Assembly (NCBI GenBank): GCA_965197585.1 | Contig: OZ240215.1 | Coordinates: 224,001-288,000, forward strand | Direction of reading: 5' to 3' | DNA: 64,000 nt | From: Dehalococcoidia bacterium | GTDB lineage: Bacteria > Chloroflexota > Dehalococcoidia > Plut-88900 | Part shown: piece after piece, positions 49,224 to 60,003 of the stretch | Layout: each line of letters starts with the position of its first letter | How positions within the stretch are numbered: the first letter of the stretch is position 1 | Program-made: the position numbers and the translations under genes | The notes under the pieces: generated by a model | Database searches by the model: none | Told to the model about the DNA's origin: nothing | The model's input: only the letters and a program-made list of their open reading frames with translations

Positions 49224-50696
49224 CTAGCCGCCGTATAGGGCGCTGATAGGCGCTACTCCTTCCCTGAGCATGTCGGTGATAAAGGACGGATAGACCCCGA
49301 CTATCAGAATCGGGGCGATTAGCAGAATGGCTCCGGCCTTGTCCACAATCCCCGCATCCCCGACGTGCTGGAACCGAGTCGTTGGGGTTCCGTACATGGT
49401 GCGTTGCAGGGTCCACAGAATATAGCCCGCTGAGAGAAAGATTCCGAGCACACCAAGGACCGTGGCTGTTCGCCATTCCTGGAAAGTGCCTAAGAATATT
49501 GTCAGCTCTGCCACAAAACCGCTGGTTGCCGGAAGACCCAGAGACGCCAATCCTCCGATGAGGAAGGCCGCAGCTATGAATGGCATTCGGTTCGCCAACC
49601 CCCCGAGGTCCGGGATGTGCCGAGTGTGGACCCGGTCGTATACAAGACCAACGAGGAAGAAGAGGAGGCCGGTAATCGTGCCGTGGGTGAACATCTGCAG
49701 CGCGGCTCCGGTCAGGCCAACCTCGTCCAGGGAGGCGACGCCCAACAGCACGAATCCCATGTGGCTGACACTACTGAACGCCACTAGCCGCTTCAGGTCG
49801 GTCTGCTGGAACGTTACGAAGGCTCCGTACAGAATGTTGACTACCCCCAGGACCGCCAGCCAGATTGCCAGCTTATCTGTGACTTCGGGGAAGAGGCTGA
49901 TGGAGATGCGGAGGATGCCGTAGCCCCCCATCTTGAGTAGCACACCGGCCAGCATAACGCTGACAGCGGTTGGGGCGTCGGTGTGGGCATCGGGGAGCCA
50001 CGTATGGAAAGGCCAGATGGGTAGCTTAACGGCGAATGCGGCCATTATCAGAAGGAACGCGAGCTCGGCGGAGATGAACAGGTTTGGTATCCAGTCCGAC
50101 CCCGTCTTGGCCAACTCGATCATGTTGAACGAACCTGCCGCAAACCCGACCGCCAGAATCCCGACCAGCATCAGCGCACTCGCCCCAACCGTGTAGATCA
50201 GGAACTTCATCGCCGAGTACTCTCGCCGGCCGCTTCCCCAGATGGAAATGAGCAGGTACATTGGGACCAGTTCCACTTCCCAGAACAGGAAGAACTGGAC
50301 AAGGTCCAGAGACGTGAACACCCCCATGACGCCCGTTTCCAGGACGAGCATCCAGATGAAGTACTCCTTGGTCCGATAGTTGATCTTCCAGGAAGCCAAA
50401 ATCGCCGCAACGGAAAGGAGGGCGGTCAGGACCACCATCGGCATCGATAGGCCGTCCACGCCGAAGAAGTACTCGACGTTGATAAACGGGATCCACTGGT
50501 ACTGCTCGACAAACTGTGGATCGGAGATGGAGGTGTCGAAGCGAATCGCAGTGATGATAGCCAGTACGAGGGTGGCCAAGGTTACGCCAAGGGCCACTTG
50601 GCGGCTTCGCCCTCCCTCGGCCCGAGGTAGCAGGAGAATCACCACCACCCCGGCCAGGGGCAGGAACACTATTAAGCTGAGTATGCCGGTAAACAA
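49224..50696 (-). CDS. nuoM: NADH-quinone oxidoreductase subunit M
   Basis: HTWLPDAHTDAPT, LLKMGGYG, KRLVAFSSVSH. Confidence 0.96.
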   Translation of the reverse strand: MFTGILSLIVFLPLAGVVVILLLPRAEGGRSRQVALGVTLATLVLAIITAIRFDTSISDPQFVEQYQWIPFINVEYFFGVDGLSMPMVVLTALLSVAAILASWKINYRTKEYFIWMLVLETGVMGVFTSLDLVQFFLFWEVELVPMYLLISIWGSGRREYSAMKFLIYTVGASALMLVGILAVGFAAGSFNMIELAKTGSDWIPNLFISAELAFLLIMAAFAVKLPIWPFHTWLPDAHTDAPTAVSVMLAGVLLKMGGYGILRISISLFPEVTDKLAIWLAVLGVVNILYGAFVTFQQTDLKRLVAFSSVSHMGFVLLGVASLDEVGLTGAALQMFTHGTITGLLFFLVGLVYDRVHTRHIPDLGGLANRMPFIAAAFLIGGLASLGLPATSGFVAELTIFLGTFQEWRTATVLGVLGIFLSAGYILWTLQRTMYGTPTTRFQHVGDAGIVDKAGAILLIAPILIVGVYPSFITDMLREGVAPISALYGG

Positions 50697-50700
50697 AGCT

Positions 50701-52620
50701 TTACAGCCCGGTCGCGAACCAGAATATGGCCATAATGACTATCAGACCGACAAATATGCCGACCCCGTAGGCCTGCACCTGGCCCGTCTGCAGCTTGGCA
50801 ATGCCGCCCCCGAAGTTTCGGCCCAGGGAACCCACTACGTTGACGATACGGTCCACTACGTTCCTGTCGAATATGTCCCCACCCCGTGCCACGATACCCA
50901 GGCCCACCTTGCGTACAATCCCCGTCTCGTAGATCTCGTCCATGTAGTACTTCCGGGCGAGAATCTGGTGGATGGGACTGAAGGTGGCCATGATCTTCTC
51001 GGGGGAGATGATGCGCCGGACATAGATGGCATAGGCCACGCCAATGCCTAGCGCAGCAACGAGCGAGGACGAGATCGCGATGCCCGTGGGAAAAGGCTCC
51101 CCGTGGCCCGTGAGCAAATCGGACATCCAGCTCTCGGGGATGCCCAGAATCGAGAAGCCGGGAAGGTTGGCGAGCCCCGCGGCAATCGCCCCCGCAGCGA
51201 GAATGAGCATTGGAACAACCATGATGACAGGGGACTCGTGGGGTTCGTCTGGTACGTGTTCGCCGTGCTGCGGGGCCTCGCCGCCGCGGTATTTGCCCAG
51301 GAATGTGATGAAGATAAGCCTGAATATGTAGACTGAGGTAAGAAAGGCGGCAAGGATGCCGAGAATATAGACCCCTTTATCCCCGTGCCACGCGGCGGCC
51401 AATATCTCGTCCTTGCTCCAGAACCCTGAGAAGGGAGGTATGCCGGCTATGGAGAGTCCCCCTATGGCGAAGGTGGCAAATGTCCAGGGCATCGGCTTTG
51501 CCAGCCCACCCATGCGCCGTATGTCATAGGTCCCCGTGGCATGGTTGACGCTCCCCGAGCCCAGGAAGAGCAAAGCCTTGAAAAACGCGTGGGTGAACAG
51601 GTGGAAAATGGCCGCTGGCACCGCCCCGACTCCCAGGGCGAACATCATGAACCCCAGTTGGCTCACCGTTGAATAGGCGAGCACCCTCTTGATGTCCGTC
51701 ATCACCAAACCCATGGTGGCCGCGAACAGGGCGGTCCCCGCCCCGATGTAAGCAACGGTGGTCATTGCCGTGGTGGAGGCCTCGAAGAGGGGGAACATTC
51801 GGGCGACCAGGAATACCCCGGCGGCCACCATTGTGGCAGCATGAATAAGGGCGCTGACCGGGGTCGGGCCTTCCATCGCGTCTGGAAGCCAGGTGTGAAG
51901 GGGGAACTGCCCCGACTTCCCGACCGCACCCGAGAAAATGCCCAGAGCAACCAGCGTGAGGGCTATGCCTGCTAGTGGGCCTCCTGCGGCATCGTTCAAG
52001 AAGGCGATGTCCAGCCCATCGGCGCCGAGGGTCATGTACACGCCCAGGATGGCAATTAGGAAACCCAGGTCGCCGAATCGAGTCACGATAAACGCCTTCT
52101 TGGCGGCGGCCGCCGCGCTTGGTCTATCGTGCCAGAAGCCTATCAACAGGTAGGAGGATAGGCCCACCAGCTCCCAGAATACGAAGAGCATTATCAGGTT
52201 GTCGGCCATAACCAGCCCGAGCATCGAGCACGTGAACAGCGACATGTATGCGAAGAACCGGGCTATCGAGGCATCGTGCTTCATGTAGCCCAATGAATAC
52301 AGCTGCACCATGAGGCTAACGCCCGTAACCACAATGAGCATGATCGCTGTCAGGGAGTCCATCAGGATTCCCATCTTGATCTGCAAGACGCCTATATCCA
52401 TCCATCCATGGCTCGAATAGTCCTGCAGATGGCCCGGCGTATCGATAACCGATGCCAGGGCCCAGATGGACAGTACAAAAGATCCGCCGATAGATAGTAC
52501 GGCCACGAAGCCAGCCACAATGGCCGCAGACCCGAACAGGGGACGCACAACAAAGACAATTAGAAGGAACGAGATCAGGGGAAGGAATAGGATCAGCCAG
52601 CTTGCCGCTTCGGGGATCAT
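50701..52620 (-). CDS. nuoL: NADH-quinone oxidoreductase subunit L
   Basis: WLPDAMEGPTPVSALIHAATMV, HAFFKALLF. Confidence 0.97.
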   Translation of the reverse strand: MIPEAASWLILFLPLISFLLIVFVVRPLFGSAAIVAGFVAVLSIGGSFVLSIWALASVIDTPGHLQDYSSHGWMDIGVLQIKMGILMDSLTAIMLIVVTGVSLMVQLYSLGYMKHDASIARFFAYMSLFTCSMLGLVMADNLIMLFVFWELVGLSSYLLIGFWHDRPSAAAAAKKAFIVTRFGDLGFLIAILGVYMTLGADGLDIAFLNDAAGGPLAGIALTLVALGIFSGAVGKSGQFPLHTWLPDAMEGPTPVSALIHAATMVAAGVFLVARMFPLFEASTTAMTTVAYIGAGTALFAATMGLVMTDIKRVLAYSTVSQLGFMMFALGVGAVPAAIFHLFTHAFFKALLFLGSGSVNHATGTYDIRRMGGLAKPMPWTFATFAIGGLSIAGIPPFSGFWSKDEILAAAWHGDKGVYILGILAAFLTSVYIFRLIFITFLGKYRGGEAPQHGEHVPDEPHESPVIMVVPMLILAAGAIAAGLANLPGFSILGIPESWMSDLLTGHGEPFPTGIAISSSLVAALGIGVAYAIYVRRIISPEKIMATFSPIHQILARKYYMDEIYETGIVRKVGLGIVARGGDIFDRNVVDRIVNVVGSLGRNFGGGIAKLQTGQVQAYGVGIFVGLIVIMAIFWFATGL

Positions 52621-52818
52621 CTATATCTTCCTGAGAATCTCATCGGCGACATGCTCGCGGCCCTTTGGAACGTAGACTATGAACGGCACGCCCTCAGCCC
52701 AGGAGAGGATATCGCCCTCGGGGAGAATGCGGGTGGGAAGTCCCTCGCCCTCGAATAGGTCTTTCCACATCTCGGCGACCATGAGAGTTGGGACTCGTTT
52801 GAATTCCATCCAGCTCAT
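52621..52818 (-). CDS. Small DUF2007-like (PII-like fold) protein embedded in nuo operon
   Basis: AEMWKDLFEGEGLP...VYVP..A.EIL pattern; its stop abuts the nuoL ATG. Confidence 0.7.
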   Translation of the reverse strand: MSWMEFKRVPTLMVAEMWKDLFEGEGLPTRILPEGDILSWAEGVPFIVYVPKGREHVADEILRKI

Positions 52819-52832
52819 AAGTGTAGTGGAGC

Positions 52833-53141
52833 CTAGCCTTTCAGTATCCCTACCTCGCCGACCTCAACGGTCTGTCGGCTTCGGAATACGGCAATGACAA
52901 TGGCCAGCCCGAGCGACACCTCGGCGGCAGCGACGGCAATAACGAAGATTGCGAACACGTGGCCCGTCAATAACGTCGGGGAATTGTATCGCGAGAAAGC
53001 TATGAAGGCGATGTTCACCCCATTGAACATAATCTCGATGCACATCAGGATCGCGACGATGTTCCGCTTGGAGAGTGCCCCCCAAAGGCCGATACAGAAC
53101 ATGATGGCCGACAGGACCAGGAAGTGTTCAAGGTTAATCAT
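52833..53141 (-). CDS. nuoK: NADH-quinone oxidoreductase subunit K
   Basis: MCIEIMFN, AVAAAEVSLGLAI. Confidence 0.96.
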   Translation of the reverse strand: MINLEHFLVLSAIMFCIGLWGALSKRNIVAILMCIEIMFNGVNIAFIAFSRYNSPTLLTGHVFAIFVIAVAAAEVSLGLAIVIAVFRSRQTVEVGEVGILKG

Positions 53142-53640
53142 TGCCGTCGGCCTCTTTCGGTCGGGCGATGACTATCGCTCCGATCATGGCGGCCAATAGC
53201 AAAACGGAAGCAACCTCGAAGGGGAGGACGAAACGGTTGAACAGGGCGTCGGCAAGGAGGTTGGTCGTCGAGTCGGGTGGGGTCTCCGACGATAAAGGCC
53301 AGTCGGTCGTGAAGATGGCGACGATGATGGCTGAGAAGATAACTCCGGCTAGGAAAGCCCCGGGCGCCGAGAGCCGGTTGGATGGATTGCCCTGCTGTGT
53401 GTCCCTGGTAAGCATGATGGCGAATATCAGAAGCACCGATATCGCGCCGACATATATCAGGACTTGGGCAACTGCCAGGAAGTCGGCCTGCAGGATTATG
53501 TATATGCCTGCAACTGCCAGGAAGGACAATATGAGGAATAGGGACGCACGGAAGATATCCCGCAGAAGGACCACCGCTGCAGAGGAAATCACCGCAAGGG
53601 AGGCGAGAATCCAGAAGGCTATGGCTATGCCGACTTCCAT
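53134..53640 (-). CDS. nuoJ: NADH-quinone oxidoreductase subunit J
   Basis: QVLIYVGAI, PFEVASVLLLAAMIGAI. Confidence 0.96.
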   Translation of the reverse strand: MEVGIAIAFWILASLAVISSAAVVLLRDIFRASLFLILSFLAVAGIYIILQADFLAVAQVLIYVGAISVLLIFAIMLTRDTQQGNPSNRLSAPGAFLAGVIFSAIIVAIFTTDWPLSSETPPDSTTNLLADALFNRFVLPFEVASVLLLAAMIGAIVIARPKEADGND

Positions 53641-53652
53641 GCGCTGGCTTCT

Positions 53653-54210
53653 CTATCTCTCTCCGCTTTCGGGGGATTGGGGTGTGGGCTCACCGTCGTT
53701 GGCCCAGCGGCCCTTCCAGGAGCGCCCTGCGCCGTCGGAAGGGAGGGAATACTCTGGCAGATATCGGGTGCCGTCCAGGTTGGGACGGAAGAAAGCGCTT
53801 GGCCTTTTGTCTCGTTCTCGTAGATCGTCCACGTGGACTACCATGTCGGTGCGGGTGTAGACGGCCCGCTCGAACCCCGAGCCCATGAACAGGGCGTCGT
53901 AGGGGCACGCCTCGACGCACAACCCGCAAAACATGCAGCGTCCGGTGTCTATGTCGAAAACGTCTATAGCGTAGTCCAGACCCTGCTTCCGATCACCCTC
54001 GGGGTGAGTCACTATCTTGATGGTGCCCAATGGGCAGTATTTGGCACAAGAAGCGCAGCCTGTGCAGCGGTCTTCGTACCAGGTGAACTCGTATCCGCGG
54101 AACCGGGTGCCGCGCGTGACCATCTCTTCGGGGTACTGGACGGTGAAGGGCTTCCTGAAGAGGTGCTTGAAGGTAACGATCATCCCTTTTGCAATTCCCA
54201 AGCCGTACAT
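53653..54210 (-). CDS. nuoI: NADH-quinone oxidoreductase subunit I
   Basis: TVQYPE; two CxxCxxCxxxCP motifs. Confidence 0.96.
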   Translation of the reverse strand: MYGLGIAKGMIVTFKHLFRKPFTVQYPEEMVTRGTRFRGYEFTWYEDRCTGCASCAKYCPLGTIKIVTHPEGDRKQGLDYAIDVFDIDTGRCMFCGLCVEACPYDALFMGSGFERAVYTRTDMVVHVDDLRERDKRPSAFFRPNLDGTRYLPEYSLPSDGAGRSWKGRWANDGEPTPQSPESGER

Positions 54211-55418
54211 TATTCACTACCTCCGGCTACAGGCCTGGACAGGGCTGCGAGCCGTTCGGAGCCTCCGGACACTACCTGGCGAGTCTGGCCTTGGAAGCCG
54301 ATGAGCTTGTGCAGCATTGCGACCAGGCCTATCGCAATGACAATGTTCACTGGTATTAGCCACGGGGGAAGGCCGTCCGACCAGACGACCACCTGCACCG
54401 CAGTAATGGCCGCGTTAAGCAGGGCGAGTGGGAACAGGAACTTCCATGCGAAGGTCATAACCTGGTCTACTCGGAGTCTCGGCAGCGTGGCCCGAGTCCA
54501 TACGAAGATGCCGAATATGAAGAATATCTTGACCAGCAGCCAGAGGTACCCCGGCAGACCCGGCCCCTCCCAGCCGCTCAGGTATAACGTGGCCATCACA
54601 GCGGAGTAACCGACAAGGGAGATGCCCTCTGCAGTCAGGAACATGACGAACTTCACGCCACTGTACTCGGTGTGAATCCCCGCTATGATTTCCGACTCGG
54701 CCTCCATCAGGTCGAACGGCGAGCGGTTGAGCTCGGCGGAGACCGCCATGAAGAAGATGATGAATCCCAGCGGTTGGAACAGAATGAGCGGCCAACTGCT
54801 CTGGACTCCAACGATGTCGTTTAGCGCCATGGAACCGGCGATGAGCACGACTCCCATGACGGAGATGACCAGCGGAATTTCGTAGCTGACCAGTTGGGCC
54901 ACAGCCCGCATCGCTCCAAAGAGGGCGTATTTGTTGTTCGATGCCCACCCGGCCATGAAGACCCCTATGGTTTCCATGGCCGTTACGGCGACTATAAAAA
55001 GAATGCCGACATTCAGATTGGTGAGATAGGTCTCCCCGCCGAACGGTATTACGGTGAACATGAGCAGGGCAGGTACCATCACGGCCACGGGAGCGAGGGT
55101 GAATACCAGCTTATCCGCCCCCCTGGGGATGATGTCCTCTTTGGTCATGATCTTTATGGCGTCGGCTATGGGCTGTAGAACGCCAAATGGCCCGACTCGG
55201 TTGGGCCCGACCCGGTTTTGGAACCTGCCAAGTAGGCGCCTCTCCAGAAAGATGAGAATGGGGACGAGCACCATCGGAATGTTGACGAGCACCAATATGC
55301 TGAGCAGCCCGAGCACCAGGTAGGTAACCCAGCCCTCCGCTGATTCGGGCACGACGGCCTCGATCCACCCGCGAATTACTTCGCCCAGCTCTCTCCAGAA
55401 CTCGTAGAACCAGTCCAC
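54210..55418 (-). CDS. nuoH: NADH-quinone oxidoreductase subunit H
   Basis: RVGPNRVGPFG, PFDLMEAESE, PRLRVDQ. Confidence 0.97.
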   Translation of the reverse strand: MDWFYEFWRELGEVIRGWIEAVVPESAEGWVTYLVLGLLSILVLVNIPMVLVPILIFLERRLLGRFQNRVGPNRVGPFGVLQPIADAIKIMTKEDIIPRGADKLVFTLAPVAVMVPALLMFTVIPFGGETYLTNLNVGILFIVAVTAMETIGVFMAGWASNNKYALFGAMRAVAQLVSYEIPLVISVMGVVLIAGSMALNDIVGVQSSWPLILFQPLGFIIFFMAVSAELNRSPFDLMEAESEIIAGIHTEYSGVKFVMFLTAEGISLVGYSAVMATLYLSGWEGPGLPGYLWLLVKIFFIFGIFVWTRATLPRLRVDQVMTFAWKFLFPLALLNAAITAVQVVVWSDGLPPWLIPVNIVIAIGLVAMLHKLIGFQGQTRQVVSGGSERLAALSRPVAGGSE

Positions 55419-56521
55419 TAGCGGTCCACCTCGCCCATGTTGATATCTATGCTGCCAAGGATGACGATGAGGTCGGCCAGTTTCCAGCCTATTGATAATT
55501 CTCGCAGGACGGTTAGGTTAATGAAAGAAGGGGCCCTGATCTTGCAGCGATATGGGGAGATTGCACCGTCGCTCACTAGGTAAAACCCGAGCTCACCCTT
55601 GGGGGCTTCCACGTGGGCGTAGGCCTCGCCGACCGGAGGTCTGATTAGAGCCGGGGCCGTTGCCCGGAACCTGCCCCCGGGTATCTGCTCCATCGCCTGC
55701 TTCACGATGCGAACGCTCTCCCGCATCTCCTCCAACCGGACGAGGAAACGATCGTAGGTGTCTCCGGTAGCGCCTACGGGCACGTCGAAGTCGAAACGGT
55801 CGTAGACTTCATACGGATCGGATTTGCGGAGGTCCCAGTTCACCCCCGAGGCCCGCAGCATCGGCCCCGAGATCGAGGAGTTGATTGCCAGTTCTGGTGG
55901 GAGGATGGCTATGTCCTTGGTTCGGGAGACGATAATCTCGTTCTCCCGCAAAAGGGCCTCGTACTCGTCGATATATCCCGGCATCTCGTTGATGAACTTC
56001 GTGAGCGCGGGCGTGAACTCCGGTGGGAGGTCCCCGCTGACCCCGCCGATGCGCATGTAAGAGTAGGTTATCCGTGCCCCGCATACCATCTCAAAGAGGT
56101 CCAGAATCTTCTCCCGCTCCCGGAACATGTACATCAAGGGTGTCGCTAGAGCCCCGAGATCGTTGATGAAGAAACCGAGGGCCATGCAATGGCTGGCGAT
56201 ACGCATCAGCTCTGCCATGATGACCCGGATGTACATCGCCCGTTCCGGCGGCTCGATGCCCGCAAGCTTTTCGGCTGCCAGGACGTATGCGAGGTTGTTA
56301 GACATGGAGGCCAGGTAGTCCAGCCTATCGGTTAGGGTGATTATCTGGGTGTAGGTGCGCTCCTCGGCCAGCTTCTCGGTGCCGCGGTGCAGGTACCCGA
56401 ATACGGGCTCCAGGTCGGTAACTACCTCGCCGTCGAAGGTGACACGCATCCTGAACACACCGTGGGTGCTCGGGTGCTGCGGCCCGATGTTGACCATCAC
56501 CTCTTCGGTCTTAAGGGTCAC
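55418..56521 (-). CDS. nuoD: NADH-quinone oxidoreductase subunit D
   Basis: [24 protein letters not shown]. Confidence 0.97.
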   Translation of the reverse strand: MTLKTEEVMVNIGPQHPSTHGVFRMRVTFDGEVVTDLEPVFGYLHRGTEKLAEERTYTQIITLTDRLDYLASMSNNLAYVLAAEKLAGIEPPERAMYIRVIMAELMRIASHCMALGFFINDLGALATPLMYMFREREKILDLFEMVCGARITYSYMRIGGVSGDLPPEFTPALTKFINEMPGYIDEYEALLRENEIIVSRTKDIAILPPELAINSSISGPMLRASGVNWDLRKSDPYEVYDRFDFDVPVGATGDTYDRFLVRLEEMRESVRIVKQAMEQIPGGRFRATAPALIRPPVGEAYAHVEAPKGELGFYLVSDGAISPYRCKIRAPSFINLTVLRELSIGWKLADLIVILGSIDINMGEVDR

Positions 56522-56579
56522 CGTGTCCTCAATTCATTCATGGTGGTTGGAACCATCACCGCCGACAGAAATATTGCGG

Positions 56580-57026
56580 CTATGCGTTGGTAAAGTCCTT
56601 GCGGTGAGGATGGCCCGGGAAGCCCTCCCACAGCATTATACGTTTCAGATCGGGATGTCCTTCGAAAGCGATGCCCATCAGGTCGTAAACTTCCCGCTCC
56701 TGGAGCAGGGCGCCGTGCCAGATGTCTGTCACCGAAGGCACGGACGGTGACTCCCTCGTAAAGGCCCGAGTCTTCAGGACAACCGAGTGATTGTGCTTTA
56801 TCGATAAGAGATGGTACACGACCTCGAAGTGGTCTATGTAGTCCACCCCCGTGACGCCAACAAGGAAATCGAATGCCAGATCGGGGTCCTCATAACAGTG
56901 ACGGGCCACCTTGGCGAGGGTGTCGGTGGATACGACCAGCGCGTTCCCGCCAGCTTCCATCACCGAGCCGGGGAAACGGTCCTGAATACTCCGGGCGAGG
57001 TCTTGGGCATTAAGCTCGGTGGTCAC
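56580..57026 (-). CDS. nuoC: NADH-quinone oxidoreductase subunit C
   Basis: EREVYDLMGIAFEGHPDLKRI, GHPHRKDF. Confidence 0.96.
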   Translation of the reverse strand: MTTELNAQDLARSIQDRFPGSVMEAGGNALVVSTDTLAKVARHCYEDPDLAFDFLVGVTGVDYIDHFEVVYHLLSIKHNHSVVLKTRAFTRESPSVPSVTDIWHGALLQEREVYDLMGIAFEGHPDLKRIMLWEGFPGHPHRKDFTNA

Positions 57027-57032
57027 TTTAGG

Positions 57033-57647
57033 CTAGCTCTTCGTCTTGGCAATGCTATATTTCTTGATCTTTGCCTGCAGCTGCATCAGGCCGTACAGGA
57101 GGGCGTCCGGGCGGGGTGGACAGCCGGGTACATAGACGTCCACCGGGACAATGCGGTTGACTCCGGGCACCACCGAATAGGACTCGTAGTAGGGCCCGCC
57201 TGAGGTGGCGCACACGCCCATGGATATGACCCACTTGGGATCGGCCATCTGCTCGTATATGCGCTTGACGGGAACTGCCATCTTCCAAGTGAGGGTGCCC
57301 GCGACGATCATGAGATCGGCCTGCCGAGGCGTCGCCCGGAAAGCCTCCGACCCGAAACGTGCGATGTCATATCGGGACATGGCCGCGCCGATCATTTCGA
57401 AAGAGCAGCACGCAAGACCAAAAGTGAGAGGCCAAACGGCGTTTCGCCGACCCCAGTTCAGTATGTAATCGACGCTCGTGACAAGTATGCTGCGCTTCAG
57501 GTCGGCCGGCACCTCAATCACAGGGTCCGGGTTCGGGAACTGAGACGCCGCCTTGAGGGCGTTGACCTCTTCGCCTTCAGCAAGATCAAGGGCCTGAACG
57601 TCGATTGAGGTGCCTAGAATGGGAAGATTCCCCTTGTTGCCTTGCAT
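57033..57647 (-). CDS. nuoB: NADH-quinone oxidoreductase subunit B
   Basis: [22 protein letters not shown]. Confidence 0.97.
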   Translation of the reverse strand: MQGNKGNLPILGTSIDVQALDLAEGEEVNALKAASQFPNPDPVIEVPADLKRSILVTSVDYILNWGRRNAVWPLTFGLACCSFEMIGAAMSRYDIARFGSEAFRATPRQADLMIVAGTLTWKMAVPVKRIYEQMADPKWVISMGVCATSGGPYYESYSVVPGVNRIVPVDVYVPGCPPRPDALLYGLMQLQAKIKKYSIAKTKS

Positions 57648-57651
57648 GACT

Positions 57652-58023
57652 TTAGCTCCACTCCAGGGCTTTCTTCCGCCATGCGTAGGCGTAGCCGATA
57701 AGCAGGATGACGATGAAAATTCCCATCTCTATGAGTCCGAATACCTTCAGCTGGTCAAGGTGGACAGCCCAGGGGAATAAAAAGATAACCTCCACGTCGA
57801 ATATGACGAAGAGAAGAGCGATGAAGTAGTAACGGAAGTTGAACCGGATCCAGGATCCCCCGACCGTCCGCATCCCCGACTCATAGGTATCGAGCTTCAC
57901 GGGGGTCGGATTGCTAGGTCTGATCCTGACCAGGGACAATGCCCAGGGCAACAGGATCATCGAGATTGGGATAAAGGTTGCTAGAAGAAGGAAGAGACCT
58001 ATATAGCCGTAGTCGGCCAGCAC
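57652..58023 (-). CDS. nuoA: NADH-quinone oxidoreductase subunit A
   Basis: [26 protein letters not shown]. Confidence 0.96.
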   Translation of the reverse strand: MLADYGYIGLFLLLATFIPISMILLPWALSLVRIRPSNPTPVKLDTYESGMRTVGGSWIRFNFRYYFIALLFVIFDVEVIFLFPWAVHLDQLKVFGLIEMGIFIVILLIGYAYAWRKKALEWS

Positions 58024-58206
58024 CTAAAGCCTCCCCGGAAAAGTTGGCCCGAATATAGCATAGGGGCCATGTCGGTGCAAGTGAAAAGCCGCACAATAGC
58101 CTATTACCTCAGGGGTCGGGAACACATAATCAGGTAGCTGTTGACTACCCCCCGACCCACCAGTTAGATTGACCCCCAATCCCGCACAAAGGAGCCGCCT
58201 TAAGCA

Positions 58207-58824
58207 ATGATCCTCAGAGTCGTGGTGGTCGGGCCATACCAGGAGAACACCTACATAATCGGGTCGGACGAGACCCAGGAAGCCGCAATCGTAGATGCGG
58301 GCGCCGAGTGGCGTTCGATTATGAGTGCCGTGGAGGACTCGGGGCTGAAGGTTAAATACCTTCTCACCACCCACGGCCACGAGGACCACATCGGCGCCGT
58401 GGCCGACATGGTGGACGCCACCAACGCTCCCTTCGCCATCCACGAAAATGACGTCTACATGCTCGAAAAGCCCCCCGACTCCGCCTCCATAATTCCCGGC
58501 TTCCGCAACCCGCCCGAACCCGACCTCTACCTGAAAGAAGGCGACACAGTCGAGATTGGAGACCTCTCCTTTTCGGTAATCGAGACTCACGGGCATACTC
58601 CTGGGGGGATTTCGTACTACGGTCACGGGTTGGTCTTCACCGGCGACACCCTGTTCAGGGGCAGCGTCGGTCGCACCGACTTCGAAGGGGGAGATTGGGA
58701 GCAGCTGATCGAGAGTATAAAGACAAAGCTGTTGACCCTTCCTCCGGACACAGTAGTCCTTCCCGGCCACGGGCCCCACTCGAGCGTCGGAGCGGAGGCC
58801 GAGTGGAACCCATTCTTGAAATAG
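58207..58824 (+). CDS. MBL-fold metallohydrolase (glyoxalase II-like)
   Basis: THGHEDH, GHTPG, TGDTLF, PGHG. Confidence 0.93.
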   Translation: MILRVVVVGPYQENTYIIGSDETQEAAIVDAGAEWRSIMSAVEDSGLKVKYLLTTHGHEDHIGAVADMVDATNAPFAIHENDVYMLEKPPDSASIIPGFRNPPEPDLYLKEGDTVEIGDLSFSVIETHGHTPGGISYYGHGLVFTGDTLFRGSVGRTDFEGGDWEQLIESIKTKLLTLPPDTVVLPGHGPHSSVGAEAEWNPFLK

Positions 58825-58867
58825 GCCCCAAATCCCCCAACCCCAAGGGTGCAGTGGGGAGTCCCGT

Positions 58868-58928
58868 CCCCTCTCCCTCGATGGGAGAGGGCTAGGGCCG
58901 TAGGCTCGCCTAGGTGAGTGAGGGTGAT
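58868..58928 (+). repeat. REP-like palindromic intergenic repeat
   Basis: CCCTCTCCC-TCGAT-GGGAGAGGG-CTAGGGCCGTAGGCTCGC..GAGTGAGGGTGAT; second copy at 63178-63403. Confidence 0.8.
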
Positions 58929-58990
58929 AGTAGTTCGCTAAAATACATGACGCACAGTTATCCAACGCTCTCTGGCACGGGAGAAACAGA

Positions 58991-59992
58991 ATGGAATTTG
59001 GCTTAAACCTCAGAAACTTCATGGCCGACCCCAATCGGCCTATGCACGATCAGATCGAAGAGACCGCCAAGCTGCTGAGCCTTGGAGAGGAGCTAGGCTT
59101 CTGGGGTGCCTACGCCCCCGAGCATTGGGTCTCCCACCCGACCAGGTGGGTCTCTCCCATGCCTCTACTGGGTCGGCTGGCTGCCGCCGGATCCAAGATC
59201 AGGCTGATCACCGGTGTGCTCCTTATGCCCCTCCACAACCCCGTCGATATCGCAGAACAGACCATAGCGTTGGACCAGATTTCCAACGGGAGATTCATCC
59301 TAGGCCTGGGGCTCGGGTACCGGGAGAAGGAGCTTGAGATAGTCGGCTCTAACCGCTCGGAGAGAGTAGGCAGGCTCGAAGAATCCATAGAACTGATGAA
59401 GATGCTGTGGTCGGGGGAAGAGGTGACGTATCGCGGGCGCTATTTCAGGGCGACGGGTGCTCAAATGGGAATAAGGCCCGTGCATTCTCCGCGCCCGCCC
59501 ATCTGGCTGGCTTGCCAGGGCCGCCGAGCCGCGAGCAGAGCGGCCCGCATCGCCGACGCCTGTCTTGTCGGTCCCTACGTCAGCTGGGCCGACCACGAGT
59601 CCCTCGCCACCATATACTGGGAGGAACTTCAGCAGCAGGGAAAAGAAGCCGATGGGTTCTATGCCGGTCACCGTTGTATCAGCTTCGACTCAGACCGTGA
59701 GTCGGCTATCAGGTCTGCGAAAGAATCGGCGGAGGCAACGGCGGCGGTCTACGGAGGCTGGGGAATGCAGGAGCGCACCGCCGTAGACCTCGGCTTGGAC
59801 AAGATGCGCAACCTCGATGAGTGGGCCATAGTCGGCAATGCCGAGCAGTGTGCAGAGCAGATCGCCGAACATCGAGACAAGTCCTGCTCAGGCTACATGG
59901 CCTTCACATTCCTGAACCTGCCCGCAGACCTTCCTGCTCGGCGTGAATATCTGCAGAGGGCATGGGAAGAAGTGCTGCAAGACCTGACCTAG
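58991..59992 (+). CDS. LLM-class (luciferase-like) flavin-dependent oxidoreductase
   Basis: APEHW, PLHNPVDIAEQ..LDQISNGRFILGLGLGY, PPIW. Confidence 0.92.
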   Translation: MEFGLNLRNFMADPNRPMHDQIEETAKLLSLGEELGFWGAYAPEHWVSHPTRWVSPMPLLGRLAAAGSKIRLITGVLLMPLHNPVDIAEQTIALDQISNGRFILGLGLGYREKELEIVGSNRSERVGRLEESIELMKMLWSGEEVTYRGRYFRATGAQMGIRPVHSPRPPIWLACQGRRAASRAARIADACLVGPYVSWADHESLATIYWEELQQQGKEADGFYAGHRCISFDSDRESAIRSAKESAEATAAVYGGWGMQERTAVDLGLDKMRNLDEWAIVGNAEQCAEQIAEHRDKSCSGYMAFTFLNLPADLPARREYLQRAWEEVLQDLT

Positions 59993-60003
59993 AAGGGACA
60001 TCC

